Virus record (IMG/VR): IMGVR_UViG_3300007352_000004
DNA: 51,039 nucleotides
Origin: a virus
Reading direction: 5' to 3' (one strand)
Each line of letters begins with the position of its first letter. Position 1 is the first letter of the stretch. This document shows positions 33,044 to 41,510 of this stretch, one piece after another. The notes under the pieces were generated by a model. It was not told the origin of the DNA. It saw only the letters and a program-made list of their open reading frames with translations, and ran no database searches. The translations under genes were made by a program, and so were the position numbers.

Positions 33044-33723
33044 AGCCCTACTACGAGCGAGACGGGATCACGATTTACCACGGAGACTGCCGGGAGATTC
33101 TGCCGCAGTTATCGGCCGAGGCGCTCATCACGGATCCGGTGTGGCCAAACTGCGAGCACGTCTTTCCTGGGATCAACGCTTCTGGTTTACTGGGCGCGGC
33201 TTTGCGATCGGCCAATGTGCGGCGTGCCGTAATTCAGCTCGGGTGCAACTCTGACCCGCGCTTTCTCGCCTGCGTCCCCGAGCGATTCCCTTACCTGCGG
33301 ACCTGCTATCTCGAATACGCCGTTGTTGGGTACCTAGGCCGGATCATGCGCGATGCGGAAGTGGCATTCGTTTTCGGGGACGCGCCAGATTCCAAGCCAG
33401 GAGCGAGGGTGATGCCGGGCCATACCATCGCGACCAAATGTAACGGCGATAAGCAGTGGAGCAACAAAGCCAGAACGCCGGAAATCGTCGCTGGATCTGT
33501 GGCACGGATGATCCATCCAACGCGGCGCTTACTCCAGCACGTTCGATGGTTAGTGAAGTGGTTCGCTGGCGCATCCGTAATCGATCCCTTTCTTGGCAGT
33601 GGCACCACAACGCTCGCGTGCAAAGACGAAGGCGTCCCCTGTATTGGCATCGAGATCGAGGAGCGTTACTGCGAGATCGCCGCCAAGCGCCTCGCCCAGG
33701 GGGTGTTGGAATTATGCCCTTAA
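33040..33723 (+). CDS. DNA N6-adenine/N4-cytosine methyltransferase (beta-class motif order)
   Basis: IYHGDCREILPQL...LITDPVW is the catalytic motif IV, with DPVW in place of DPPY. It is followed by VIDPFLGSGTTTLAC (AdoMet motif I) and IGIEIEERYCEIAAKRL. ATGA overlap with the upstream gene. Confidence 0.8.
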   Translation: MKPYYERDGITIYHGDCREILPQLSAEALITDPVWPNCEHVFPGINASGLLGAALRSANVRRAVIQLGCNSDPRFLACVPERFPYLRTCYLEYAVVGYLGRIMRDAEVAFVFGDAPDSKPGARVMPGHTIATKCNGDKQWSNKARTPEIVAGSVARMIHPTRRLLQHVRWLVKWFAGASVIDPFLGSGTTTLACKDEGVPCIGIEIEERYCEIAAKRLAQGVLELCP

Positions 33724-34007
33724 CCGCCCCAACCTCACTCCGCGACGCCTGGTTCCTGCGAGGCCGCGCCATCTACATGCTCTGGCGTGCCGGCCGCGAG
33801 ATGCGCGAGGACCAGAAGCAGTTCATCAAGGAACGCTGGCGCGACCCGTTCGAGGTCCGCATGGAGCCGTACTGCACCATGGTGCGCCCCAACGGGCAGC
33901 CGTGCCGGGCCCTGGCGATGACGGTGAATTACGCGGTCAACGGCGGGCTCGTGTACGCGGTGCGGGTTTGCGCGAATGGGCATCGGTGGTGGGAGGTTCC
34001 AAGGTGA
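33714..34007 (+). CDS. hypothetical protein
   Basis: An in-frame ATG at 33714 overlaps the methylase end by 10 nt. 97 aa. Confidence 0.5.
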   Translation: MPLTAPTSLRDAWFLRGRAIYMLWRAGREMREDQKQFIKERWRDPFEVRMEPYCTMVRPNGQPCRALAMTVNYAVNGGLVYAVRVCANGHRWWEVPR

Positions 34008-34306
34008 GGATCGTCGGCTGGATCTCAACCGTTCTGTTTACGTTCGTTGTCATCGTGGCATTGCGAGGGTGGGTCCTCACAAAGCTGTGGGGCTGGTTCG
34101 TGGTGACGACCTTCGGGCTCGCTCAAATCTCAATTCCGCAAGCTATCGGGCTGTCGCTGCTCGTGATCTTTTTTCAGCGCGAACAAAAGACGGAAAAGAC
34201 CGGCGCGGATTGGTTCAAGAGTGAGTTCGCTGGCGTTTGCTGGCGAGGTATCGCCGGGCCGCTCGCGTGTCTTGGGTTCGGGTGGATCTATTCGCTGTTC
34301 CTGTGA
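34004..34306 (+). CDS. multi-TM membrane protein
   Basis: The GTG at 34004 overlaps the upstream TGA. Translation is VRIVGWISTVLFTFVVIVALRGWVLTKLWGWFVVTTFGLAQ... Confidence 0.5.
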   Translation: MRIVGWISTVLFTFVVIVALRGWVLTKLWGWFVVTTFGLAQISIPQAIGLSLLVIFFQREQKTEKTGADWFKSEFAGVCWRGIAGPLACLGFGWIYSLFL

Positions 34307-34316
34307 GGACGCTCAG

Positions 34317-34508
34317 ATGAAAAGCACAGAGACTATCGAGAATTGCACGGTGGAGTTTCAGCGCGAGCGCGGCGTCCTATACGTCCACGCCCCCGGCGGG
34401 TACACCGTAGTTCGAATTCAGGGCCTTGGCGACAGGGAAGCGTTGTTTGGCCCGGATAAACTCCCGGCGCTTATTGATGTCGATGCCGGTCGAAGGGCGA
34501 GGACTTAA
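34317..34508 (+). CDS. small hypothetical protein
   Basis: An in-frame ATG at 34317 gives MKSTETIENCTVEFQRERGVLYVHAPGGYTVVRIQG... Confidence 0.5.
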   Translation: MKSTETIENCTVEFQRERGVLYVHAPGGYTVVRIQGLGDREALFGPDKLPALIDVDAGRRART

Positions 34509-34658
34509 ATGGACGGACTCTTGATCGTACTCGGGATGCTGGGCTGCTACGCGCTGGGGCGTCGCCACGGGCGCGAGTCGTTCGTGACCGAGACCCGGCG
34601 GGCGCTGGCGCGGCGCATGGGGCTGACGGCGGCGCGGAGTGATGGGGGACTTAGATGA
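34509..34658 (+). CDS. 49-aa N-terminal-TM peptide
   Basis: The ATG directly follows the upstream TAA. Translation is MDGLLIVLGMLGCYALGRRHGRE... The stop overlaps the next ATG (ATGA). Confidence 0.45.
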   Translation: MDGLLIVLGMLGCYALGRRHGRESFVTETRRALARRMGLTAARSDGGLR

Positions 34659-34927
34659 ACGAACACCAAGAATGTCTCGACTACCTGAAGGCCGCGAGCC
34701 CGGAGTTGCGGGAGGCGCTGGTGCATATCGCTGAGGGGCTCAGTGATGCCTTGATAGATCCTGCCGCCCCCAGCAGCCCAGCTATCACCGGCGATCACAT
34801 CGCGTGTAAGGCTGTGCTCTATCTCTGCGAGAACCCGCGCCAAGCCCTGCTCGCCATCCTCAACGGCTCCGCCCCCAAGAAGCGCGGCCGGCCGCGGGGC
34901 AGCAAGGCCAAGGAAGGTGCGAAGTGA
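34655..34927 (+). CDS. hypothetical protein with an AT-hook-like C-terminus
   Basis: 90 aa ending KKRGRPRGSKAKEGAK. Confidence 0.55.
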   Translation: MNEHQECLDYLKAASPELREALVHIAEGLSDALIDPAAPSSPAITGDHIACKAVLYLCENPRQALLAILNGSAPKKRGRPRGSKAKEGAK

Positions 34928-35079
34928 CCCTCCACGACCCCAACGATGTCAGCCTGGACCCCGTGTTACTCCAGGAGTGCGCCTATGCGCGGCTGCGGAC
35001 CACGGCGGCGGCGCTACTCTGTGGCGCGTTTGCGTTCGGGGTGGTGGTGGGGTTTGCGATCGGCTGGGTGGCGCGATGA
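34924..35079 (+). CDS. 51-aa C-terminal-TM peptide
   Basis: The GTG at 34924 overlaps the upstream TGA. The sequence ends LLCGAFAFGVVVGFAIGWVAR, and the stop overlaps the next ATG. Confidence 0.4.
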   Translation: MTLHDPNDVSLDPVLLQECAYARLRTTAAALLCGAFAFGVVVGFAIGWVAR

Positions 35080-35276
35080 GCTTTCGTGACGACATCGAGA
35101 GTTGGGCGGATCTCAATGGGACCACGGGCCGCTGTCCATCGTGTGGCGGTCAGATATGGATCGAATCCGGCTGCCGCCCTGAATGCCACCACTGTGGCCA
35201 TGGCAGGGATGAGCCACAGGGCTGCATTTATTGCGGTGCCGGGCCGGATGAAGAGTGCGAGTGCGAAGAGCAATGA
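35076..35276 (+). CDS. Cys-rich zinc-binding small protein
   Basis: MSFRDDIESWADLNGTTGRCPSCGG...CHHCGH...CIYCG...CECEEQ. Confidence 0.55.
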   Translation: MSFRDDIESWADLNGTTGRCPSCGGQIWIESGCRPECHHCGHGRDEPQGCIYCGAGPDEECECEEQ

Positions 35277-35458
35277 CCACCCTGGAGCTACGGCTGTACG
35301 AGGAGTTGAAGGAACTGCGGCGGCGCTTCCATATGTGTGCCGAAGAGGGCGGCTCCGACATGCGATACGTCCGGCTAGCCACGAAAGACGCCGACGCCCT
35401 CATCCGCGAGTGCGAGGCGCAACTGAAACGCGAGGCGGAGGAGATGCGCGGTGAGTGA
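35273..35458 (+). CDS. small helical hypothetical protein
   Basis: ATGA overlap. Translation is MTTLELRLYEELKELRRRFHMC... Confidence 0.5.
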   Translation: MTTLELRLYEELKELRRRFHMCAEEGGSDMRYVRLATKDADALIRECEAQLKREAEEMRGE

Positions 35459-35672
35459 GACACCAGCGATTGACCAAAGGATCATCGACCAACTGGAAAA
35501 GGTTCGCCAGGACGGACGCTGCAACATGCTGGACTCCAGATGCGTCCAGGCCGTGGCGAACAAGTTGAATCTCTATGCTCTGGTTGTCTGGATTGAAGAT
35601 AACCGGAAAAAGCCGGGACTTTACATGCAGGCCCTTGAAGAAATGGGGCAGCAACGGAGCGTTACGCCATGA
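35451..35672 (+). CDS. hypothetical phage protein (DUF5049-like, from memory)
   Basis: 73 aa. IIDQLEKVRQDGRCNMLDSRCVQAVANKLNLYALVVWIEDN resembles a small conserved phage family. Confidence 0.5.
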   Translation: MSETPAIDQRIIDQLEKVRQDGRCNMLDSRCVQAVANKLNLYALVVWIEDNRKKPGLYMQALEEMGQQRSVTP

Positions 35673-35911
35673 CCCTAGTACGCCGCATGGTCTTGGAAGC
35701 CGAGAAGCAGGCCGCGAACCTGCTGCACAATATCATCCTCGTCGGCGATGCGCTGGACCGCAACGACCACGCGGCGCTGATGCGGCGCATGGCCATGACG
35801 GAGGTCGCGATGCGGCACTGCGCCCACGAATGGGGAATGGCCGCTGAGGAGATCGGGCGCATGGACCTTTCGCCGGTGCTGGCAAAGAGTGTAGAGGCTG
35901 CAAAGAAATGA
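35669..35911 (+). CDS. hypothetical protein
   Basis: 80 aa, ATGA overlap. Confidence 0.55.
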   Translation: MTLVRRMVLEAEKQAANLLHNIILVGDALDRNDHAALMRRMAMTEVAMRHCAHEWGMAAEEIGRMDLSPVLAKSVEAAKK

Positions 35912-36105
35912 GCGGATTCGTTCAGTTGATCGGCGCAGAGTCCGTGGAGCGGGCAGGACACAACATGCAACATGCGGCTGAGGCTGTCAGGCAGGCGGCT
36001 AGCCAGATTGACGATTCCCTCTTGCGGCATCAGCGCTTTCTAGATGATTGGCTCGCCCGGCTGGAAGATGCGCTGACGCGCAGCGCGGAGACGAAGAACC
36101 CATGA
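35908..36105 (+). CDS. hypothetical protein
   Basis: 65 aa, ATGA overlap. Confidence 0.55.
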   Translation: MSGFVQLIGAESVERAGHNMQHAAEAVRQAASQIDDSLLRHQRFLDDWLARLEDALTRSAETKNP

Positions 36106-36209
36106 CCGCCATCCCCGTCGCCACTCACAGCCACGACCGCCTCGTGCGTGGGGGCGCGTGGGCGCTGGCAGTGGTTCGTGCTTTTGTCGGTGAATTGAGG
36201 GAAATATGA
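36102..36209 (+). CDS. 35-aa peptide
   Basis: ATGA overlaps at both ends. Translation is MTAIPVATHSHDRLVRGGAWALAVVRAFVGELREI. Confidence 0.35.
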   Translation: MTAIPVATHSHDRLVRGGAWALAVVRAFVGELREI

Positions 36210-36487
36210 AGCCTATTTGCATACCGTGCCAGCGATTCTTTCGCCCGGTCAAATCCGGGTTCTATTTCCTAGAGGGATTCCCACAAGGCGCGGCCCGCCC
36301 CGGCAAAAGCGATGCCGACCGATGGAAGCCATACAAATTATGGGCTGGTGACAAATGGCGCTGCGAAGGATGCGGTGCGGAAATCATCAGCGGCACTGGC
36401 ACGCGCCCCATCAGCGAGCATTTCGAGTCGGAGTTCGCGACCCTCGTGGAAAGCTGCGGAGCGGAATATCAGGTCAACGACTGTTAG
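36206..36487 (+). CDS. zinc-ribbon protein
   Basis: 93 aa with CIPCQ...CEGCG. Confidence 0.55.
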   Translation: MKPICIPCQRFFRPVKSGFYFLEGFPQGAARPGKSDADRWKPYKLWAGDKWRCEGCGAEIISGTGTRPISEHFESEFATLVESCGAEYQVNDC

Positions 36488-37144
36488 GTGATTATGATGA
36501 CCCAACCCTTAGGCAACGGTTTCGCACAAAGCGCCGCGCATGAATGGGAAGAGATGCACAAGCCCCGCCCCTGCGACCGCTGCGCCAAGGTCAAGCCCTG
36601 CGAGGACTTCGCTACGCCGCGTATCTGCGACAAGTGCATCACGGATCATGTCGAGGATCAGGCGCGGGAGTTGCGGAATTACCGAGCGAAGTTGAGGAAC
36701 ATCGGCCAGTGGGCCAGGAAGGCACTGGCGGTAGTAGGTTCGGAGCGCGTGGACCTAGAGCGGATTTTACGCGAGGCGTTTCCTCAAACTGAGGCTTCTG
36801 CCGAAATCGATGAACGGTTTGAAGAGGCGGTGATGGACAGGATTGAGTACAGGCGATCACTAGGCTTGCCAAATTACTACTTAGATGAAAAAATTCCGTG
36901 CCCCCGTTGCGGGGTGGAGCGTGGTCGAGAGCAACCTGACGGCTGTCGAGATCCAGAGTGTCCGACGGACATGCCATGGCCTACAGCGCAATCGCCCTAT
37001 CGCGAAGGCTGCCCGACATGCGAGGAGATCAGGACCAAGTACAAAGGCTTTGGCCCGCGCCACGACGGGTCGCCGCATTGCGAGTCGGGGAGTATCGCCA
37101 GCGGCGGGCAGAACGCGCATTGTAGTTGTGATTTTTGCTTTTGA
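36488..37144 (+). CDS. multi-Cys-cluster hypothetical protein
   Basis: 218 aa with CDRC...CDKC, CPRCG...C..PEC, CPTC and HCSCDFC clusters. Confidence 0.6.
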   Translation: MIMMTQPLGNGFAQSAAHEWEEMHKPRPCDRCAKVKPCEDFATPRICDKCITDHVEDQARELRNYRAKLRNIGQWARKALAVVGSERVDLERILREAFPQTEASAEIDERFEEAVMDRIEYRRSLGLPNYYLDEKIPCPRCGVERGREQPDGCRDPECPTDMPWPTAQSPYREGCPTCEEIRTKYKGFGPRHDGSPHCESGSIASGGQNAHCSCDFCF

Positions 37145-37150
37145 GGAGTT

Positions 37151-38605
37151 ATGGGACTTTTACATCAATTAGGCAGTGGTCAGGGATATCTCAAGGCCGG
37201 GTTCCTTGGCTTCAACAAATCCGGCAAGAGTTTCACAGCGGCGGTGATTGCTGTCGGACTCTGGAAGCATCTCGGCAAGAAGGGCCGCATCGTCCTGTTC
37301 GACACCGAGGGCGGCTCGGAATACCTCGTGCCGATGATTGAGAAGGAAACCGGGTCGAAGCCCCTCGGGGTTCGCTCGCGCTCATTCGCGGACCTGATGG
37401 CCGTCACGAGCGAACTCCAACCGGACGACATCTTTCTGGTGGACTCCATCACGCACCCGTGGCGCGAACTCTGCGACGCGCACTTGGCCAAGGTCAACGA
37501 GGGCCGGCAGAAAAAACGGCTGCCGCCGCGCTCCAAGCTGGAGTTTCAAGACTGGGGGCCTATCAAGCTGACCTGGGCACAATGGACCGACTGGTACCTA
37601 AACTCAAAGGTCCACATCATCATTTGCGGACGCGCCGGGTTCGAGTACGAAATGGAAGACAACGCCGAGACGGGCAAGAAGGAACTGCAAAAGGTCGGCG
37701 TAAAGATGAAGACCGAGAGCGAGTTTGGTTTCGAGCCTTCGCTACTGGTTGAAATGGAGCGCGTCCAGGTATTCGAGGGCGAGAAGCATGTCATCAAGCG
37801 CCGCGCGACGGTCCTTGGTGATCGCTTCCAGGTTTTGGATGGGAAATCCTTCGACAACCCGACGTTCAAAACGTTCCTTCCCCACATTCAACTCCTGACG
37901 CCCGGTGCCCACGCCCCGATCGACACAGGCCTCAAGTCCGATACCGGCGTGGATGAATCAGGCGACGAACACTGGCAGCGAGAGCGCCGCGAGCGGGAGA
38001 TCCTTTCCGAGGAGGTCAAGGGACTATTCCAGCAATACATCCCAGGACAAACGGCAGCCGATAAGAAAACCCGCACCGAAATGATGGAGAAGTACTTCGG
38101 AACGCGCTCCTGGACCAAGGTGGAGAACCTTCAATCGGGCGAATTGCGGGACGGCCTACGCGGCCTGCGGCGGCACTTCGAAGGGAACCCGGACGACAAG
38201 TTCGATATGCTGGCGCGGTTCCAGGAAGTCAAGAAACAACTGCGCGCCGCCACTGGGTCGGATGATGCCTACTACGCCATCCTGGGCTCGCACGGCTACG
38301 AGAAGTCGAACCAGATCGCGGACCCAGATCAGCGCCAGCAAATCCTGAGCGATATGCGAGCGCGTGCGGCCACGCAATCTTCCCCGGCCGCCTCATCAGC
38401 CAAGCCGGAGAGCGGTGGACCGGGTGCTCCGGGGGGAACGCCCGGCCTCACCGTGGGGGATTTCAGCGCGGCCGAGCTGGCCGGCGTGCGGCTCGTGGCG
38501 GAACGGCTCAAGTACTCGACCGTCGAGGAGTACCTGGCGCTGTTCGCAAAGGATCAGCGGGAGGAGATTCTCGCGGCGGCGGAGCGATGGGCGGAGGCTC
38601 AATGA
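37151..38605 (+). CDS. AAA/RecA-like ATPase (Sak4-type recombination/replication ATPase candidate) with a long C-terminal extension
   Basis: Walker A is GFNKSGKS and Walker-B-like is IFLVDSITHPW. The 484 aa includes an acidic, Ser/Pro-rich linker and a helical tail. A GGAG SD is present. Confidence 0.6.
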   Translation: MGLLHQLGSGQGYLKAGFLGFNKSGKSFTAAVIAVGLWKHLGKKGRIVLFDTEGGSEYLVPMIEKETGSKPLGVRSRSFADLMAVTSELQPDDIFLVDSITHPWRELCDAHLAKVNEGRQKKRLPPRSKLEFQDWGPIKLTWAQWTDWYLNSKVHIIICGRAGFEYEMEDNAETGKKELQKVGVKMKTESEFGFEPSLLVEMERVQVFEGEKHVIKRRATVLGDRFQVLDGKSFDNPTFKTFLPHIQLLTPGAHAPIDTGLKSDTGVDESGDEHWQRERREREILSEEVKGLFQQYIPGQTAADKKTRTEMMEKYFGTRSWTKVENLQSGELRDGLRGLRRHFEGNPDDKFDMLARFQEVKKQLRAATGSDDAYYAILGSHGYEKSNQIADPDQRQQILSDMRARAATQSSPAASSAKPESGGPGAPGGTPGLTVGDFSAAELAGVRLVAERLKYSTVEEYLALFAKDQREEILAAAERWAEAQ

Positions 38606-39060
38606 CCCTGGACGCCCTCAGTCTTCGCAAGCGAGCCGACGCCGCCCTGGCGCTCGTGGCCGAAGTCACGGGCGTGCCGGTGGAGCGATTCGCCAAGCGC
38701 GCGCGCCGCGAGGATCTGCTGGCCGCGCGACGGTTTGCCATGTGGATCCTGAAGGTCGTTCTCAAGATGAGCTACCCGCAGATCGCCGAAACGTGCAACA
38801 TGCGGGACCACGCCTCCGCGCTGCTGTCGGTCCAGCTCGTGAGCCGGTCCCTGCAAGATGACGCCGAGTTGCGCGAGTTCTGCATCCAGGTGGCGCGGCA
38901 ACTGGATCCGGGGTTCCGGCTGAGCGATGAGGACCTCGCGGCCATGACGGCGAATCGCCCGCGCAAGGGAACGCCGTGGGACGTGCCCCGGCCCTTGCGG
39001 AACGGGGCATGGCACGAAGGCGCGGAGTTGCGGCCCAGGGATGCGGTGCGGAAACGATGA
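38602..39060 (+). CDS. DnaA domain IV (Bac_DnaA_C)-like DNA-binding protein
   Basis: RREDLLAARRFAMWILKVVLKMSYPQIAETCNMRDHASALLSVQ parallels the DnaA C-terminal pattern R...aRqiamYL...s...IG..fg.rDHsTV. ATGA overlap with the ATPase gene. Confidence 0.6.
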   Translation: MTLDALSLRKRADAALALVAEVTGVPVERFAKRARREDLLAARRFAMWILKVVLKMSYPQIAETCNMRDHASALLSVQLVSRSLQDDAELREFCIQVARQLDPGFRLSDEDLAAMTANRPRKGTPWDVPRPLRNGAWHEGAELRPRDAVRKR

Positions 39061-39524
39061 CAAAGATGACCTCTACCCCTAAAGTCAAAAAGACCGTGAC
39101 GTTCACCGACAAGACCCGCGCCCTCTACAACGCGATGAAGTCCAGGGGGCCGGTGAGCTTCACGCTGGCGGATTTCCGGTCGTGGCTGGCGGCGCGGGCC
39201 ACCCCCGGACCATTCACCGACCGGCTGACTGGCCTGTGGAAGTGCGAGTACTCCCGCGAGTTCATCGCCATCGAGCAGGTTTCCGTGGACCACAAGCTCC
39301 CGCTCTCTATGGGCGGCACGGGGACTCTCGACAATCTGGCGGTGTGTACGGAGCGAATGAACCGGATCAAGGGCGCTATCCCCTTCGATCAGTTCCTGGA
39401 CCTCAAGGACACCGTGGACCGGGATTGGCCGCGTGAGGCCGCCACGGAGTTCTGGAAGCGGCTGGCGATGCGCCCGACGTGGCGAAGGAAGAAACGGATC
39501 GGAAGATTCGGAGTGGGGATTTGA
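39057..39524 (+). CDS. HNH endonuclease (second copy class)
   Basis: VSVDHKLPLSMGGTGTLDNLAVCTERMNRIKG is an H-N-N type HNH core. ATGA overlap. Confidence 0.7.
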   Translation: MTKMTSTPKVKKTVTFTDKTRALYNAMKSRGPVSFTLADFRSWLAARATPGPFTDRLTGLWKCEYSREFIAIEQVSVDHKLPLSMGGTGTLDNLAVCTERMNRIKGAIPFDQFLDLKDTVDRDWPREAATEFWKRLAMRPTWRRKKRIGRFGVGI

Positions 39525-39528
39525 AAGA

Positions 39529-39563
39529 GGGGCCCGGCAATGCACCGGACCCCGTGTCTTTTT
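39529..39563 (+). terminator. rho-independent terminator
   Basis: GGGGCCCGG-CAATGCA-CCGGACCCC (8 of 9 bp paired) is followed by GTGTCTTTTT, 5 nt after the HNH stop. Confidence 0.6.
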
Positions 39564-39590
39564 AGAGTAACCCTGTCTTTTTATGGTAAC
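39555..39590 (+). repeat. two 17-nt direct repeats (TGTCTTTTTAGAGTAAC / TGTCTTTTTATGGTAAC), iteron-like
   Basis: 15 of 17 identity with a 19-bp period. They lie at the start of a non-coding stretch of about 460 bp. Confidence 0.5.
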
Positions 39591-40023
39591 ACCTTGGAAA
39601 GTCGGAGCGCAGGGATTCACAAGGTTAATTTCGCTCCAAGCGTCCGAAGCGCCGCTTTGTTTCGCTTCCCCCTCTGCCCATACGAGCCTTGCTCAGCGGG
39701 GAGAGTCGGCGCAGCCGCAAGGCTGGCATCGTCTGACGGCGATGGGTGATTTTCACTATACCGGGCCGGGTTGTCTGAGTTGCTGGCAACAGCAGCGTCA
39801 GGGCCTCAGCCGGGCTGATGTTTAGCTCCGTCAGGCTCCCAGGTTAGGGTCCTATCCCCTTGCCTGGTTCGTGGTGCCGGACCCACACGGAAACTCGGGC
39901 AACCGAGTGGAAACCCGTCCGGTTCTGCGGGAAATTTATTTCCCTTTGGCTCTCTTCCCTCTGCGGGAAGGTCTGGCGGCTCATCAAACAGGCATGGTTC
40001 ACATAAGCAAGGTGATAGACAGC

Positions 40024-40461
40024 ATGGAATTAAATTTCGGCGAACCAGTTCCAGAAACAAAGACCCCCAGGAAGCGAACGCTGCCCCCCGACATCCAGTT
40101 GCGGTTCAACGAATGGTGGGCGCTGTGGCCCAAGAAAGTGGATAAGGACGATGCCGAGCGGGCCTTTGCCAAGATCATCGGGCGCGACCAGAAGAGTTTC
40201 CAGAGATTGATGCGGACCACGTCCTACTGGAACTACTTCCAATACACGCGCATGATGGCCGACAAGCGCGAGCGCGACTTTGTTCCCTACCCGGCGACGT
40301 TCTTGAATAAGGGCCGCTGGAAAGAGCCGCCGCCAGAGTTTCACGACTGGGCTGAGCGCGCGCAGCAAAACGGCGTGGCGGGCCTAAAGGCTATCGCCGA
40401 GGGGCCGCACGAGGATGTTCGGGCCGAGGCGCGGAAGGCCCTGGAGGATTTGGCGAAATGA
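40024..40461 (+). CDS. hypothetical protein (replication-module-associated type)
   Basis: An in-frame ATG at 40024 gives MELNFGEP... The FNEWWALWPKKVDKDDAERAFAKI motif is common in small phage/plasmid proteins near replication genes (from memory). An alternative ATG lies at 39994. Confidence 0.5.
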   Translation: MELNFGEPVPETKTPRKRTLPPDIQLRFNEWWALWPKKVDKDDAERAFAKIIGRDQKSFQRLMRTTSYWNYFQYTRMMADKRERDFVPYPATFLNKGRWKEPPPEFHDWAERAQQNGVAGLKAIAEGPHEDVRAEARKALEDLAK

Positions 40462-40688
40462 GCGACAAAGGCCGTAAACCCTGGCGCGTTGGCCGCAAAG
40501 TGGGGCGCACGATCTACGACGCCGATGACAACCTGATCGGCATGATGGACACGCGGGAGTTGGCGGCGGAAGTGGTGCGATGTGTAAACGTCTCTTTGGT
40601 GTCAGAGGAACTAGAGAGGGTCACTGAGGAACGGGACGAGTTGCGAGCTACTATTCACGCTTTTATTGAAAGCGGGAGAATGCAATGA
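40458..40688 (+). CDS. hypothetical protein
   Basis: 76 aa, ATGA overlap. Confidence 0.55.
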   Translation: MSDKGRKPWRVGRKVGRTIYDADDNLIGMMDTRELAAEVVRCVNVSLVSEELERVTEERDELRATIHAFIESGRMQ

Positions 40689-41038
40689 CCGACGAACTGC
40701 AAAAGATCGCGGACCAGATCAAGGCGGCGGGGGAGAAGGAAGAGGCGGAGAGCGACTTAGAGCAGACTCGCGTACAGGCTGCTGGCGTCTTAACGGCAAT
40801 CGAAGGCCACAAGCCGGACCCTCCGGTTGTCAGGGGTGATTACGGCTGGTCTCCCGCTTACGAGGTAGCCATGGCGTATCGAGTCCAACTCGAAGCCGCC
40901 CGCGCGGCCCTGCTGGTGTTCGCGGAACGGGGGAATTGGACGGATTCTCCTGCGACTCCAGGTTCTAGCCTGAATGCGGGTTGGTACGGTGCAGCCACGC
41001 CCTGGAAGATCGCGCAGAAGGCGCTGGAGGGGAAGTGA
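40685..41038 (+). CDS. hypothetical protein
   Basis: 117 aa, ATGA overlap. Confidence 0.55.
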   Translation: MTDELQKIADQIKAAGEKEEAESDLEQTRVQAAGVLTAIEGHKPDPPVVRGDYGWSPAYEVAMAYRVQLEAARAALLVFAERGNWTDSPATPGSSLNAGWYGAATPWKIAQKALEGK

Positions 41039-41262
41039 CCATCGGCTCCCAGATCCGCGCCCTGCTCCGCGAAGGCCCCTCCACGTCGGCTGAAATCACG
41101 GCGACGCTCGGGATGCCGCGCCGTGGCACGATTCGCGGCCATCTGTCGTCGCTCAAGAAGCATGGCCATGTGCGGATCGAGGGTTGGATTCGCCCGCCCA
41201 AGCACAAGCCGCAGGCGATCTGGGCGCTGACGCCGAGGGGAGAGGCGAGGGCTAGGAAGTAA
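41035..41262 (+). CDS. winged-helix DNA-binding protein, paralog A
   Basis: The GTG at 41035 overlaps the upstream TGA. Translation is IGSQIRALLREGPSTSAEITATLGMPRRGTIRGHLSSLKKHGHVRIEGW...IWALTPRG. Confidence 0.55.
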   Translation: MTIGSQIRALLREGPSTSAEITATLGMPRRGTIRGHLSSLKKHGHVRIEGWIRPPKHKPQAIWALTPRGEARARK

Positions 41263-41510
41263 TGACCAGATCCCAGGAGATCGCCATGTCGGAACTTGAG
41301 CATAGGCTGTATCACATCCTCGTGCCGCTGCTGGAAACCCATCTTGATATGGACCCGTGCCCGGCGATCAAGTTGGCCAATGAGATTGCAGCGGCAGCAG
41401 TCAGGGATATGCGGGCCAGCGCCGACCGTGCGGACGTGGAAGCAACAAAGGAACGCATCAGGGAAATAAAAGAGGCCCTACGTCGGTTGTGGATGCGAAA
41501 GGAGCGGTGA
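41262..41510 (+). CDS. hypothetical helical protein
   Basis: 82 aa, TAATG overlap. Confidence 0.55.
   Translation: MTRSQEIAMSELEHRLYHILVPLLETHLDMDPCPAIKLANEIAAAAVRDMRASADRADVEATKERIREIKEALRRLWMRKER

Noticed and set aside
38772-39620. 282-aa minus-strand ORF opposite the DnaA-IV-like and HNH genes
   Set aside because: It is a shadow ORF. The plus-strand genes have clear motifs and ATGA coupling.
39540-39825. ORFs 39540..39749 and 39583..39825 in the post-terminator gap
   Set aside because: They begin inside or just after the terminator, have no SD, and their sequences are not protein-like. The region is better described as regulatory or origin-like.
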